DNA of 64,000 nucleotides from Mobula hypostoma (GCF_963921235.1 NC_086097.1:40550001-40614000), one strand, 5' to 3'. Shown: positions 37,507-51,311, counted from the first letter of the stretch. Made by a program: numbers and translations. Notes: generated by a model from the letters alone, not told the origin.

Positions 37507-40374
37507 TAAGAAAGGTGGATGAGCTTAGAGCATGGATTGATACCTGGAAATATGATGTTGTAGCTATTAGTGAAATGTGGTTGCAGGAGGGGTGTGATTG
37601 GCAACTAAATATTCCAGGATTTCATTGCTTCAGGTGTGATAGAATAGGAGGGGCAAGAGGGGGAGGTGTTGCATTGCTTGTCAGAGATTATATAACAGCG
37701 GTGCTCTGGCAGGATAGATTACTGGACTCGTCTAGGGAGACTATTTGGGTGAAATTGAGGAATAGGAAAGGTGTTGTGATGCTTATAGGGGTGTATTATA
37801 GACTACTTAATGGGGACCGAGAACTGGAGGAGCAAATTTGTAAGGAGATAGCAGATATTTGTAGGAAGCACAAGGTCGTGATTGTGGGAGACTTTAATTT
37901 TCCACACATAGACTGGGAAGCCCATTCTGTAAAAGGGCTGGATGGTTTGGAGTTTGTAAAATGTGTGCAGATAGTTTTTTGAACCAATACATAGAGGTAC
38001 CAACTAGAGAAAGGGCAGTGTTGGATCTCCTGTTAGGGAATGAGACAGGGCGGGTGACGGAGGTATTTGTTGGGGAGCACTTCGGGTCCAGTGATCACAA
38101 TACACTTAGTTTCAGTGTAATTATGGAGAAGGATAGGACTGGACCTAGGATTGAGATTTTTGATTGGAGAAAGGCTAACTTTGAGGAGATGCGAAAGGAT
38201 TTAGAAGGAGTGGATTGGAAAAATTTGTTTTATGGGAAGGATGTAACAGAGAAATAGAGGTCATTTAAAGGTGAAATTTTGAGGGTTCAGAATCTTTATG
38301 TTCCTGTTAGGTTGAAAGGAAAGGTTAAAAGTTTGAGAGAGCCATGGTTTTCAAGCGATATTAGAAACTTGGTTCAGATAAAGAGAGAGATCTTCAATAA
38401 ATATAGGCAGCTTGGAGTTAATGAGGTACTTGAGGAATATAAAGAATGTAAAAAGAATCTTAAAGAAATTAGAAAAGCTAAAAGAAGATATGAGGCTGCT
38501 TTGGCAAGTAAGGTGAAAATAAATCCAAAGGGTTTCTACAGTTATATTAGTGGCAAAAGGATAGTGAGGGATAAAATTGGTCCCTTGGAGAATCAGAGTG
38601 GATGGCTATGTGTGGAGCCAAAAGAGATGGGGGAGATTTTGAACAATTTCTTTTCTTCGGTATTCACGAAGGAGACTGATATTGAATTGTGTAAGGTAAA
38701 GGAAACAAGTAGGGTAGTAATGGAAAGAATAACAATTAAAGAAGAGGAAGTACTGACACTTTTAAGGAATATAAAAGTGGATAAGTCTCCGGGTCAGGAC
38801 GAGATATTCCCTAGGACTTTGAAGGAAGTTAGTGTACGTATAACAGTGGCTCTGACAGAAATATTTCAAATGTCATTAGAAAGGGGAATGTTGCCAGAGG
38901 ATTGGCATATTGCTCATGTGGTTCCATTGTTTAAAAAGTGTTCTAAGAGTAAACCTGGCAATTATCGGCCTGTGAGATTGATGTCAGTGGCGGGTAAATT
39001 GATGGAAAGTATTCTAAGAGATGGTATATGTAATTTTCTGGATAGACAGCGTCTGATTAGGAACCGTCAACGTGGATTTGTACATGGAAGGTCATGTTTG
39101 ACAAATCTTATTGAATTTTTTGATGAGGTTACTGAGAAAGTTGACGAGGGTAAAATGGTGGATGCTGTCGATATGGACTTCAGTAAGGCCTTTGACAAGG
39201 TTCCACACGGAAGGTTAGTTAGGAAGGTTTAATTGTTAGACATTAATATGGAAGTAGTAAAATGGATTCAGCAGTGGCTGGATGGGAGACGCCAGAGAGT
39301 AGTGGTGGATAACTGTGTGTCAGATTGGAGGACGGTGTGTAACGGTGTGCCTCAGGGATCTGTACTGGGTCCAATGTTGTTTGTCATATATATTAATGAT
39401 CTGGATGATGGGATGGTAAATTGGATTAGTAAGTATGCAGATGATACTAAGATAGGTGGTGTTGTGGATGATGAGGTAGGTTTTCAAAACTTGCGGTGAG
39501 ATTTAGGACAGTTAGAAGAGTGGGCTGAAAGCTGGCAGATGGAATTTAATGCTGAAAAATGTGAGGTGCTACATTTTGGTAGAACTAATAAAAATAGGAC
39601 ATACATGGTAAATGGTAGGGTATTGAAGAATGCTGTAGAACAGAGGGATCTAGGAATAATGGTGCATAGTTCCCTGAAGTTGGAATCTCATATGGATAGG
39701 GTGGTGAAGAAAGCTTTTGGTATGCTGGCCTTTATAAATCAGAGCATTGAGTATAGGAGTTGGGATGTAATGTTGAAATTGTACAAGGCATTGGTGAGGC
39801 CAAATTTGGAGTATTACGTACAGTTCTGGTCATTGAATTATAGGAAAGATGTCAATAAAATTGAGAGAGTACAGAGGAGGTTTACAAAAATGTTGCCTGG
39901 GTTTCAGCTCCTAAGTTACAGAGAAAGGTTGAACAAGTTAGGTCTTTATTCTTTGGAGCGTAGAAGGCTGAGGGGAGACTTGATAGAGGTGTTTAAAATT
40001 ATGAGGGGGATTGATAGATTTGACGTGGTTTGACTTTTTCCCATTGAGAGTCGGGAAAATTCAAACAAGAGGGCATGGGTTGAGAATTAGAGGACAAAAG
40101 TTTAGGGGTGACATGAGGGGGAACTTCTTTACTCAGAGAGTGGTAGCTGTGCGGAATGAGCTTCCAGCAGAAGTGGTTGAGACAGGTTCTATGTTGTCAT
40201 TTAAAGTTAAATTGGATAGATATATGGACAGGAAAGGTATGGAGGGTTATGGGCTGAGTGCAGGTCAGTGGGAATAGGATAGGGTAAGAGTTCGGCACGG
40301 ACTAGAAGGGCCAAGATGGCCTTTTTCCGTGCTGTAATTGTTACATGGTTATATATGGTTATATGGTGAAGCTG

Positions 40375-40730
40375 AGCTTATTGTAATTTGAAATTGTTAA
40401 AATGGCAGATGGTTTCTGAAGCATCAGGGATGTAGGTGAGAAGAATGGAGGAGATAGAACTGAATTCAGGTAAGAACAGCAGGCTAAAGCTGTAGATCTA
40501 TCAGGACAGTCCTGTTTGTGGACCTTGGGTAGAAGGATGAAGTGGGCAGAGTGGGGTTGGAGAAACACCCTGGCTGAAACTCTTCAGGGAAGATGTCCAG
40601 TTGAAATGTGTAATCTGGAAGGCAATGGCCTGATGTTGGTAGATGGGATCGTGGTCCAGAAATATGTTGGAGGAGGTGTCTGAGAGGTGAGATTTGATTT
40701 CTGCAGGGTAGAGGTAATTTCACCAGACTA
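40375..40730 (-). mobile_element. Penelope RT relic
   Basis: PHSAHFILLPKVHKQDCPDRS resembles the Penelope RT motif FYLLPKIHK..PGRPIV. Confidence 0.7.
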
Positions 40731-41136
40731 TAACAGGATTTCTAGTCCATAGTTTCCTGAAAGCAGTTGTACACATTGGTAAGGTGATTAAAAAAGGGCA
40801 TATGGTATGTTGGCATGTCTGATAGGGAAAAATGGATTGGAAGTTAAGATGGATAGACAAAGACAAACATGTAAGGAAATATCTTATAATTCCCAATAAA
40901 GGTGTATTCCATTGAGATTCTGTATCTGTTTTTAACTTCAAAGAAAAGTTAAAGATAATATCAAAGTGAAAGAAAAGGCATGCAAGTGCTGTAAGGATTA
41001 GTAGTGAACCTGGAGGAAGGGAACATTTTAGAAACCAGGAAAAGAAGGGTTACAAATGGAGAAAATAAATTAAGAGTAAAAGGACAAGTAGCAGGCAGTA
41101 AGAGATTCTTAGATATATTTAGAAAGAGTGGGTAAG

Positions 41137-41575
41137 TTCAAAGGTCAAAGTAAATTTATTATCCATGTACTTACATGTCACCATATACTACCCTGAGATT
41201 CATTTTCTTGAGGATATTCACAGTAGAACAAAGAAATACAACATGATCAATAAAAGGCTACCCACAAAAAAAACTGACAACCGATGTGCCAAAGAGGATA
41301 ACTGTACAAATGAAAAAGCTAAAAATAAAAACTGCAAATAAATAATTAATATTAAGAACATAAGTTGTAGAGCCCTTGAGGGTGAGTCCATGGGTTGTTG
41401 AATCAGTTCAGTGTTGAGGTGAGTGAAGTTATCTGCACTAGTTCAGGAGCTTGATGGTTGAAGGGTAATAACTGTTTCTGAACCTGGTGATGTGGGACCT
41501 AAGGCTCCTGTACCTCCTTCCTGATGGCAGCAATGAGAAGAGAGCATCGCCTGAATGGTGGACATTCTTAATGAT
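41137..41575 (-). mobile_element. Rex1/Babar LINE 3' fragment inserted in an older CR1
   Basis: Tail GTTCAAAGGTCAAAGTAAATTTATTATC and AGGCTCCTGTACCTCCTTCCTGATGGCAGCAATGAGAAGAGAGCAT. Confidence 0.8.
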
Positions 41576-43050
41576 GGGATATCAAGCAGGTATATCATTA
41601 TCAATAAAGTGTATGTTGGTCCCTCAGAGGTTGAGAATGAGGAATTCATCTCAAAGACTTTTGTTTGTATCTGTCTGTGTGGTATGTCAGTAATAATAGT
41701 AGATAATCCAAGGAAAAAACGAAGGAAGGAATTTTAAACCCTCATCGTCATTAGGGAGAGGAAACACATGGAGACTGAATGCTGACGTGCATCTTGAACC
41801 TGATGGGCTGCCTCCTATATTACAGTGGCTGCCAAGATTGTGGATGCCCTGGTGGGCATTTAATGAATCTCTCTAGATGCTGGAAAAGTTCATTTGGCAG
41901 TTGAGTCCCTATTTGCAAACTGGGGATGGAATATGGGGTCAGTTAGCCTGACATTTACATTGGGGGAAATGACTGAACCAGTTGTCTTCATGAGAATCAC
42001 AGAATGCTAAGAAAATCAAAATACTGCTGAGCAGATTCACATGATTTTGTTTGAAGGCAATTGTTTGACAAATTTGGAGTTCTGAAGCTGTAACTAGCAA
42101 GGTGGATAAAGTGACTTGGATGCAAGACTGGCTGTCTGACAGAAAACAGTCAGTGAGTGGAGGGGGTTGCAATGTGGTTGATTAAATAAGTTATTTACAA
42201 TTCTCAAGGTGTACTGGCTAATTGCCACAAGAATTAGTACTGGGCACCAACTCTAAACAATTTATATTTATTAAGATACAGTACAGAGTGAGGTGGGAAA
42301 GCAAAGTTATGATGAGGACATATCTGTCAAGAGATAGCTTGAGCAAATGGGCGAACATTTGGGTGACAGCATAATATGGGTAAAAGTTATCTACTTTGAT
42401 AAGAAGAATACAAAAGCATAATACTTTGTAAATGTAAAGAGTCTATGGAATACTGTGGTACAAGTGAATCCAGGTTCTCCTTGGACATGAAAAGGTTGGT
42501 CTGCAGGTATGGCAGGTAAATAAGAACACAAGTGGAATATTGGCCTTTTATTCCAAGGGGGATGGATTCAACAAAAAAAAACTATTTGCTCCTACATCTT
42601 GGGCCAATAGTGAGACCACTTTGGGATCACTGCACACAATTCTGGCCCTGTTTAAGAAAGGCTACACTTGCAGTTGAAACTGTTCAGAAAAGTTCACAAA
42701 GTTAATTCTTGTGATGAAGACATTAACTTGACAAGAGTGATTCAGCGGGTTGGGTCAGCCTGAATTGTGACCATTGTGAAATGGAGGCAATTCTGATAGA
42801 GCTTGACTAGATGGGTGCAGAGAGGAGGTTTTCCCCTGTGAGGCACCGAGAAAGGGGTTGGGACATAGCTTCAAATAATTGTTTGCCCTTATAAAGTGGA
42901 GATTTGTGAAGTCTGAGATACAAAGGTATTTATTGAGCTTTGGATGAATTAAGGGTTATGGAAAACAGATGGGAGCTTGAACTGAGGTCAATATCAGATG
43001 GGGTGTAATTGTATTCAAGATGAAGACTACGTTGTTATTTCCTGCTTCCC
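41575..43050 (+). mobile_element. Old CR1 ORF2 remnant
   Basis: Decayed motifs TTGTTTGACAAAT, CAAGACTGGCTGTCTGACAGAAAACAG and GTGAGACCACTTTGGGATCACTGCACACAATTCTGG. Probably continuous with 40800-41135. Confidence 0.65.
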
Positions 43051-43500
43051 GTTTCTCTGTGAGCTCTGAGGCTGAATGGCTCATGTTGCCCTATGGGTCA
43101 TTCACTGTGATTCTCGTATTCTCATCAGCCGGTTAAAATCATGTGTAATGCCAATCTTCCTATTCACACAGACATTGTGAAACCACAGCATAAGCTTCCT
43201 AATTTATGTTGACTTTTTTGTGAAATGACCCCCGATATCTACGACATAGGCACAAATCTTTGAACAATTTAGGAGGCACGCCGCCATGCTTTACCACAAA
43301 TAGATTTATGTGGCTTAGCCCAACACCTCTTTTTCAACCCGAGGGGATGATGACCTTGATGGTTGCATGGGTCATGGATGTTGTCGCTATCTGCTCAATC
43401 ACTGGATGATGCTTGGTGATCTGAAATCTGTTTGTAAGTTTGGAACACCTATTAGATTTCTGACAAGAGTTACCATATTTCTCCAATTGGATTCTTGGGA

Positions 43501-43589
43501 CACACATCAAAGTTGCTGGTGAAAGCAGCAGGCCAGGCAGCATCTGTAGGAAGAGGTGCAGTCGACGTTTCAGGCCGAGACCCTTCATC
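43501..43589 (-). mobile_element. 89-bp Penelope-terminus insertion with perfect TSD
   Basis: TGGATTCTTGGGA at 43488-43500 and 43590-43602; insert is the rc of the hammerhead-bearing terminus. Confidence 0.9.
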
Positions 43590-43747
43590 TGGATTCTTGG
43601 GATATTGATTGGATGGATGGATTGGGCAACCACGAAGCTTTGTTTTGTTCCTTATAACCATTCATAACCAATAATGGGAGAGGTGACGACTGAAAGTGCC
43701 ATAGAGAATTTGATTTGTGTGGGGTTATTTCCTCATCCAGTTGACTA

Positions 43748-44705
43748 TCAGAGCCAGATTTATTATCACTGTCTTAAATGGCATGAAATTTGTTATTTTG
43801 CATCAGCAGTCCAGTATAAAGACATAAAATTATTATAAATCACAAGTTATGCAGTGCAAGAGGAATAATGAGGTTGTGTTCGTGTACTGTCCAGAAATCT
43901 GATGATGGAGGGAAGAAGCTGTCCTGAATCATTGAGCATGGATCTTCAGGCTCCTGTACCTCATTCCTCATGGTAATAAGAGGATGAAAGCATGTCTTGG
44001 ATGTTGTGGGTCCTTAATGATAGATGTTGCCTTTTTGAGATGCTGCCTAAACGGTGGAGGATGTTGTGATGGTGCTGGCGAGTCTACAACACCAGCAACC
44101 TCTTGATATCCTGTGCACTAGAGTCTCCATACCAAATGATGATGCCACCAGTCAGTCTCCAGAAATTTGCAAGAGTCTTTCATGGCATATCAAATCTCTT
44201 CAAACTTGTAATGAAGTAAAGCCACTGGGGTACCTTCTGCAACAATGTGTTCACCCCAGGACTGATCCTCAGATGTTGACACCCAAGGTCTTCAGCTGCT
44301 CCCCCTTTCCACCACTGACCCCTCAATAAGGAAAGGTAGATATCCTCCTGACATTTCCTTCCTGAATTTCACAGTCTTGCTGACACTGAGTGCAAAGTTA
44401 TTGTTGTGATACCACTCAACCAGCAGATCTATCTCATTCCTGAACATCTTATCACCACCTGAGATTCTGCTCACTGCAGCTATCATCAGTAAATTTATAA
44501 ATGGCATTTGAGCTATACCTAGCTACACAGTTATGAGTCTAAAGAGGGCAGAGTAGTGGGCTAAGCATGCATTCTTGAGGTGCACCTTGGTTGTTTGTCA
44601 TTAAGGAGGAGAGGTTATCACTGTTCTGCACTGACTATGGCTTATCAATGAAGAAGCCAAGGATTTAATTGCAGAGGGAGGTTCAGAGGCCTGGGTTCAG
44701 AAGCT
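43748..44705 (-). mobile_element. Rex1/Babar LINE RT and 3' end, decayed
   Basis: RISGGDKMFRNEIDLLVEWYHNNNFALSVSKT; tail TCAGAGCCAGATTTATTATCAC. Confidence 0.85.
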
Positions 44706-45749
44706 GCGTGACATGTGTTTTGCTGTTGCCTAGGTACTTAAAGCGGAGAACTAGTGAGACAGCGTCTGCAGTAGACTTCTTGTGATGCATTGTAGTGAGT
44801 CCAATTTATCATTCAATCCCGCAAATAAAAAGCAGTAGATTTTTTTTTTAAGCACAAAAAGTCATGGGACTGATCCTTGCTCTGTCCTTAATCTTTGCTG
44901 GTAATCATGGAACATTAAAAATGAAAGAGATTTCTCCACCCCTCCAGTTGTGAGCCACTGAAGCGTATCATAGCAGTAGCAGCAAAATCAGATATTGCCA
45001 ATACATACAATAATAATGTGGGACCTCCTTAATCTGTACTATTGAGTACAATGCTAGGATGCATTCTAAAATTTCTGTGCATTTTATTACAATAGAATTG
45101 AATTAATATTTGGATAAATTATGCATGTGTGAATGGACCTGAATTTCCACCTGGCATTCTTGAAGTTACCAATGGAATTGCTTGATTTTGTTTTATTTCT
45201 TGATACTGCGTAAATTGGGGCAACTTAATATTGACTATAAAATATGGGTAGTGCCTTTTTATCATGATATCTCATTTCCAATTTACACTAAACTATTAAA
45301 AGAAAACATGGTCACTGTGAATCACAAAAGTGTGTGCAATCTTCATTTCACTGAGTCACTTGTTGTCATGCTGATCCATAACAAACTGTATGTACCTCGG
45401 TGACCTAACCAGTTATCATATTTGCTGAGAAGTTTGAGTTTAAAAAAAAAGATAAAATAGCTGTCATGTCAGGATGAGTCAAATTTGTGGACCCACTTTA
45501 CTTTCATAGAATCTTGGATATATGGTATTCAGAAGCAAAAGAAACAGGTTACTCGCAGTGGGATATGGAGGAATATGATGCACAATGGATACTTTCATAT
45601 CCAAGGCCAGCACTTATCAAATATTGGAACAGGTAACCGCAATTATAGTTGGCAGTCTGTTGCAGAAATTGTTTTGCACCAACTTTGTCCAAAATGACAG
45701 CTGTGGATTCACATCAGCAGATTCAATATTTGGATTCACTCCCGAGTGA

Positions 45750-46203
45750 AAGCCAGGCTGTCATCATTGGTTCAAAAGCCTCACCATTGGAAGTATCTAC
45801 AGGAGGCACTACCTCAAGAGGGGTAACATCCATCACTAAAGATCCCCGCCATCTGGGGCAAGCTATCATTTCACCGGTGCCATCGATCAGAAGGTACAGA
45901 AACTGCACACCGCCAGGTTCAAGACCAGCTACTTCCCTTCAACCATTCAATCCTTAAATCAACCTACAGAACCCTACTCACCAGAACTTAACAACATTAT
46001 GACCACTATTAACACGATGACTTTGATTACTTTGTACTATAATGGACTTTGTTTTTGCTCTAATTGTGTTCTTTCTTGTAAAACATTTTGTTTATATTCT
46101 GTTTTTCTTGTGAAAGCTGCCTATGTGATGTTGCTGCAAAAAAGTTTTTCCTTGCACTTGTGCTGACATGTACTTGTGCATATGATACTAAACTTGGCTT
46201 TGA
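45750..46203 (+). mobile_element. Rex1/Babar 3' fragment
   Basis: TSITKDPRHLGQAIISPVPSIRRYRN; ends TATGATACTAAACTTGGCTTTGA. Confidence 0.75.
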
Positions 46204-46424
46204 AATAAAACAGTAGTATAATTTAGTTGAAACTTCACAGATCTGTAGATTCTCACGTTATTCTTCTAGCTTTTTTGGCCAAGTAGAATTGGGTCTGGGT
46301 TGTAGATCCCAGGAATTCTTTATTTCCAGAAGTCAATGGAAGCTCAGTGGTTGATTATGATCATGGCTGGATGTCAACAAAGGATCAACCATGTGTTAAA
46401 TAATGGAATAACTTCATGATATTC

Positions 46425-46920
46425 ATATAGTCATCGACTGGTACAGCAAAGAAACAGGCCCACTGACCAACCATCAACCACTTACTTTTGCAAAAACTTT
46501 TTTTTCTCTCCTGACTTCCCATCACATATCCTGATTCTACCACTCACCCATATTCTCGGGATAATTCCATACACAATTAACCTACCAATTCAAAAACACA
46601 AAATAATCTGTAGATGTTGGGGTCAAAGCAACACTCACAACATGCTGGAGGAACTCAGCAGGTCGGGCAGCATCCTTGGAAAAGATCAGTCGACATTTCA
46701 GGTCGGTCCTGATGAAGGGTTCCGACCCGAATCGTCGACTGATCTTTTCCACGGATGCTGCCCGACCTGCTGAGTTCATACTACCAATTCACATCTTTGG
46801 GATGTGGGAGGAAACCAAAGCACGTGGAAGAAATGGGGAGAATGTCGGACACCATCTCCCCATATGGCACCGGAGGTCAGCATTCATCCTGGGATGCTGA
46901 AAATGTGAGGCATTAGCTGA
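46425..46920 (-). mobile_element. HE1-like V-SINE interrupted by a Penelope-derived palindrome
   Basis: CR1-like tail (TACAGCAAAGAAACAGGCCC) and CATCTTTGGGATGTGGGAGGAAACC V-domain-like sequence. Confidence 0.75.
46593..46780. mobile_element. Palindromic Penelope-terminus insert with hammerhead motif
   Basis: TSD CTACCAATTCA (46582-46592, 46781-46791); ~56-bp inverted arms 46651-46706 / 46722-46777; hammerhead motif 46705-46740 with GAAA changed to GAAT. Confidence 0.88.
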
Positions 46921-48763
46921 TACATTTTGCTGTTTATGATGTTGAACCATTGTAGTATGTTAGAGCTGAAGGAAAACTCGAATAGAACAGAGACAACTTA
47001 CCGCTTTTTTCTTTGTACAGTCAATAAAAAGCAACATGAGGCATTCTCAGCGATCTTGTTCTTTCACATTTCTGATGACTGTGAAATTTAACTCTAAAGT
47101 TTATATGACATGGTAGTGTTTTTTTAAATCGCTTTAGTATTCTTAATCTCTGAGCAAGTACTTTAGCAAAAGGAGTATTGTCCCAACGATGCCAAAATTG
47201 GTGCTCAGATCAAGCTATATCCAAAGGGATCATGATTACAGTGAGCTTAAATACTGTAACTATACCGAAAGAGTCCACGTAGGTATTCCGAGCTCAGCTG
47301 CACGTACACAGAAGATTCATTCCAGAATGCTAATCAGATAACATCATACTGAAAACCAGAGTGATTGATTGGAACATTAAGCAGATGTAAAATAATTGCT
47401 GCTTTCTAACAAATTTTATGGTGTTTTTAATGTTTGCTTTTGCTTTCTCCGTCTCATTAATTGATCTAGCCAGCTACTGGGGCACATTCACTTTGGTTCC
47501 CTTTTTCTCAAGGGTCCTGCTCCCAAAAAGTGCAACAAGAAAGTGAAAAATATAAAATTTAGTCATAGCTTTTGCACTCTCTTGATTTTGTCCCTTGACC
47601 AGAGGTCAAGTTGCCTGACAACTCATTGACGAATGGTCCCTTTGGCTTGTACAAAGGTCTCCACAATGAGGAAGGATGAAAACATAAGAATTTCAACAAC
47701 AAAACCAAGCAATACATCAATTAGCGATGGGAAACAATTTTAATGACTAAATCGCTGTTTTATTAAACTTGCTCATATACCCCTGGGTTAGTGGCAGAAT
47801 GATCAGAAGAATCTTAAATTTCCATTATTTAATTGTTCTTTATGCATTGAATTGAATACATCATGATGTAACTGAGGTAGCTGGATGAATTCATCCATAT
47901 TTTGAACAGCCGTTTAATTCTATAATATTTCTTCTGAAACTAGGATGTAGTATTTTCTCATATTTTAATTTGATTGCTAATCCAGAAGAGCTTGATAACT
48001 ACCTTTAACAATATACAGTGGAGGTTTCCTTCTCCGTTGTAACACGTACTGCTTCCCTCACTGGGACAATCTCAGCAATGTAAGATTTTAAAGTTAACCT
48101 TGCCCGTTCTGATGTGAGATGAGGCAATTTCTCCTTGTAACCTGTCTCTGACGCCAGCACCCTTGTCTGCCTGCCTTCTCAATGTGGTCCCATCCTGCTA
48201 TGGGGGTCACCCAACAGCGGTCTTTGTGTTCTGAAACAGGTAAAATATGCAAAGCTTCTTCAACCAAGAGTGAGAGCCATTCAGTCCATCCTCATTATGC
48301 TCCATCTCATTCATATGTTACTTTTTTTGTTTTTTGAAAAATCACTTACCTTAAATTTTAGAATTTTTCCGCAATTTCTTAATGCGATCTCTGATGACTT
48401 CTCAGTGAAATTTGCAGTTACTAATTGCTTTAAATAGTTCTTGCGTATTTTATAATATAGGCAGAGTTCAAGTTGACCATTATATCCAATAGCAGGAAGC
48501 AATATCAGATTGTGTTGTGATGGTGTCAACTTTTCATGGTTCAATCTTGTATTATTTGTGTCTATGGATTCTGTTCCAATTATGTTGTTATTTTAATTAC
48601 TCCGGGCATAAATTGTGGAGTGTGAATTATTTTGCAGAAGGAGGGCCGTATTGGTCTGTACTCTTCCATACATGAGTTCTATTTGTCCGTGGGCAGCCGT
48701 ACTGAGTTTGTGCCTCTTCAGCACTCAACACGCAACAGGTTCAGACGGTTGTGTCATTCACAG

Positions 48764-49660
48764 GTGCAAAGGTTTATTTTATGATCAAAGTATGCAGCTC
48801 TGAAATTCTTCATTTCTCCAGGTCGCCATGAAACCAAGAAAGGCAGGACGATTTTCAACCCCCAAATCCCACCTCCCTGCAAAAAAGGAACAGGCATATC
48901 AACCCCAAATCCCCCTCCCACACGCAAAGAATGAGAAGATAAGGTGGGAAAAAAAACACAGAATATAAAAACTGTAAAACTGAAAAAAAACATTTTATAG
49001 TCCAAGTCCACATGCAAAAACGCAGAGAAAACCTGGGCAATACTCTTCGCAGTGCAGGCGCTCTTCTCTCCAGTAGCATAGCAGAGCGATCAAAAGGCGG
49101 GCAGTCAGTGCTCACCCTCCGGACTCGCTTCGATGCCTCAGTTGCTCTCGTCGCCCCAATCGGTGAACAATTGAAGCTTTAATCAGCAAAATGGAGCCAA
49201 CCATTGGCTTGCAACCTCCCCGCTACGAAGTTCGTGCACACTGCCCCTGCCTCTTGGAATCCTCTCGGAGACTGCAGAGTGCTGGAACACCCAAACGATC
49301 TCCAAACTCTGCGCTATCTTTGATGTTTCAATCGCCCTCGTCACTTTAATCAGTGACCAATGAAAGCTTTAATTGGCGAAATGGGGTCAAACATTAGATC
49401 CTGTGCCGTCCTGCAAGCTTCCCACCATGAGGTTCACTCACACTGCCTCTTCCTCCCGGAATGCTCTCCCAGACTGCAGAGCGCTGAAGCACCTGAACGA
49501 TCCCCAAGCGGCAAAACGCAGGCTTAACAGTTCCAAATCCACACTCAAGACCAGAAACAACCGTGGAAGACATAAAAGAAGTGAAACGATGGTTTCATGA
49601 TCTATCCAGAAGATGTCGACCAAAGGAGCACTGTACACAGGTGTCATCTTGACCAGAAAT
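48764..49660 (-). mobile_element. Non-autonomous retroelement with Rex-type ends and internal ~190-bp duplication
   Basis: 3' end AAAGGTTTATTTTATGATCAAAGTATGCAG; 5' end rc TTCTGGTCAAGATGACACC; duplicated blocks near 49130-49310 and 49320-49510. Confidence 0.6.
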
Positions 49661-50829
49661 AAACACAAAAGATTGGGGATCCTTGTGGATTAATTCAGTT
49701 TGGTCTAGGCAGCCTCGGGAAAACTAATGCTGGAATTGATCTGTGGTTTACACAGTAGCTCCGTGCAGTAAGGTCAACATTCTTAGGTAGTATCAGGTTT
49801 GGTTCTAAGCTTCTTTTATTAGATAAATCTATGGATCTATTCAAGTTTTCAAAGTGTGAAATGGACAGTTTGATTTTTTTTAAATACTCAGACTTGAAAT
49901 AGATGACGACTATTGCAAGATGACTCCAGTTGTCTTGACTTTGCCCCAGATCTTAAGAATATTTTGGCTCCAGTTTAAGTCAGTTCACAAATTAATGCTC
50001 CTCTTCGTTTAGTGAGGTTGATGGAGGACATGGCATAATTTAATTTGTGTATAATGCGTTCTGTAGCTTTTAGACCATCTGCTGTTGTGCACACAGAATT
50101 GGGAAGATTAATGTATAAAACATCAGTAAAAACTTTTATCCAGTGTTGTCTAATTGACATCAATGAATATGGTCTGCTTCTGCAATCTCCCATTTGCTTT
50201 TTAATGACAACAACTAAATAACTATCACTGTGACCTTGCAGGGTTATCAAAGTTTTCTGCAGCAAAGTCCAGAGCCTGTAAGGTAAAACTTAAGACAATC
50301 GTATGTTCTGTTTTGATTTAGAAACTCAAACAATGATGCTTAAAAGAACAAAAGGTCTGCAGTAAAATATCTTTATTACTGGATCAAAACTCTGTGAACC
50401 AAACAATTAACAACTCCAGTCAGCAATAATTCTTTCTGAATTATTTTCAAAACCTTTGATTTGCTGTTAAAGCACAGATGATGACTAACAATCTTTTTTC
50501 TTTTATTCTCTATTAATCAGCTTTGGTCTTGGTAGTGGGTTAGTTTTTTATATTAAAAATATTATTTTTCAATGTTACGAACTAATTGATTTGTACAAAT
50601 ATAGGGTAAGGAGTCTTTATATGCGATTTAGTTTAATGTATTGACATTTTTTCCTGTACTGTGTATTCTTATGTATAAATTAATACAATTATTGGAAAAA
50701 GAAAAGCAATAGTGAAAGAACTTTCAATCGTTCATTGATAATTTTAATAATAGCAACTGCTTTTAAAACCAACATTGTGTTGACTGGAAGTAACACTGAT
50801 ATATTGATGAATATGACATTGATATATTA

Positions 50830-51310
50830 AAATTGGTAAATTGCCTTATTATGGTCACATGCACCAAAACACAATGGAACAACTTGTTTTATGTGCCATC
50901 CATACAGATCATTTCACTACAACAGTGCATTGAGGTAATTGAAGGGAGAACAAAAATAGAACGCAGAATGAAGGGTTACAGTTGGACGATACGGTGTAAG
51001 GTTGTAAGGAGAAGATGGTGAGTTCAAGAGTCCATTTTATCAAACTGGGTGATGGTCCAATAGTCTTGTAACAGTGGAATAGAAACTGTCCTTAAGCCTG
51101 GTGGTGCCTGCTTTCAGGCTATTGTATCTAATGCTGATGGGAAAAATCCAAAATCCTTTTGTCTCCTGAGGAAGTAGAGGCGCTGGTAAACCCTGACTGT
51201 GGCATCTGTATGGTCGGACCAGGATATGCTACCGATTCCACTCCTAGGAACTTAAAGCTTTTAATCCTCTTGATCTCATCACTCTTGATATAAAAAGCTG
51301 TGTGTGCACT
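50830..51310 (-). mobile_element. Rex1/Babar 3' relic
   Basis: Minus-strand EIKRIKSFKFLGV; GAAACTGTCCTTAAGCCTGGTGGTGCCTGCTTTCAGGCT. Confidence 0.6.
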
Positions 51311-51311
51311 G

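Larger units (their letters stand above)
35040..40366 (+). mobile_element. Near full-length CR1 LINE (ORF1 esterase domain, ORF2 EN-RT) carrying two nested insertions
   Basis: ORF1 SGNH-like IGTNDIG..VVISGLLPVP..DLYKRDGLHLN (35400-35744). ORF2 EN (DELRAWIDTWKYDVVAISEMWL, IVGDFNFPHIDW, GSSDHN) and RT ([29 protein letters not shown]) to 40277; (TATGGTTA)-like tail. Several stops. Confidence 0.95.
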
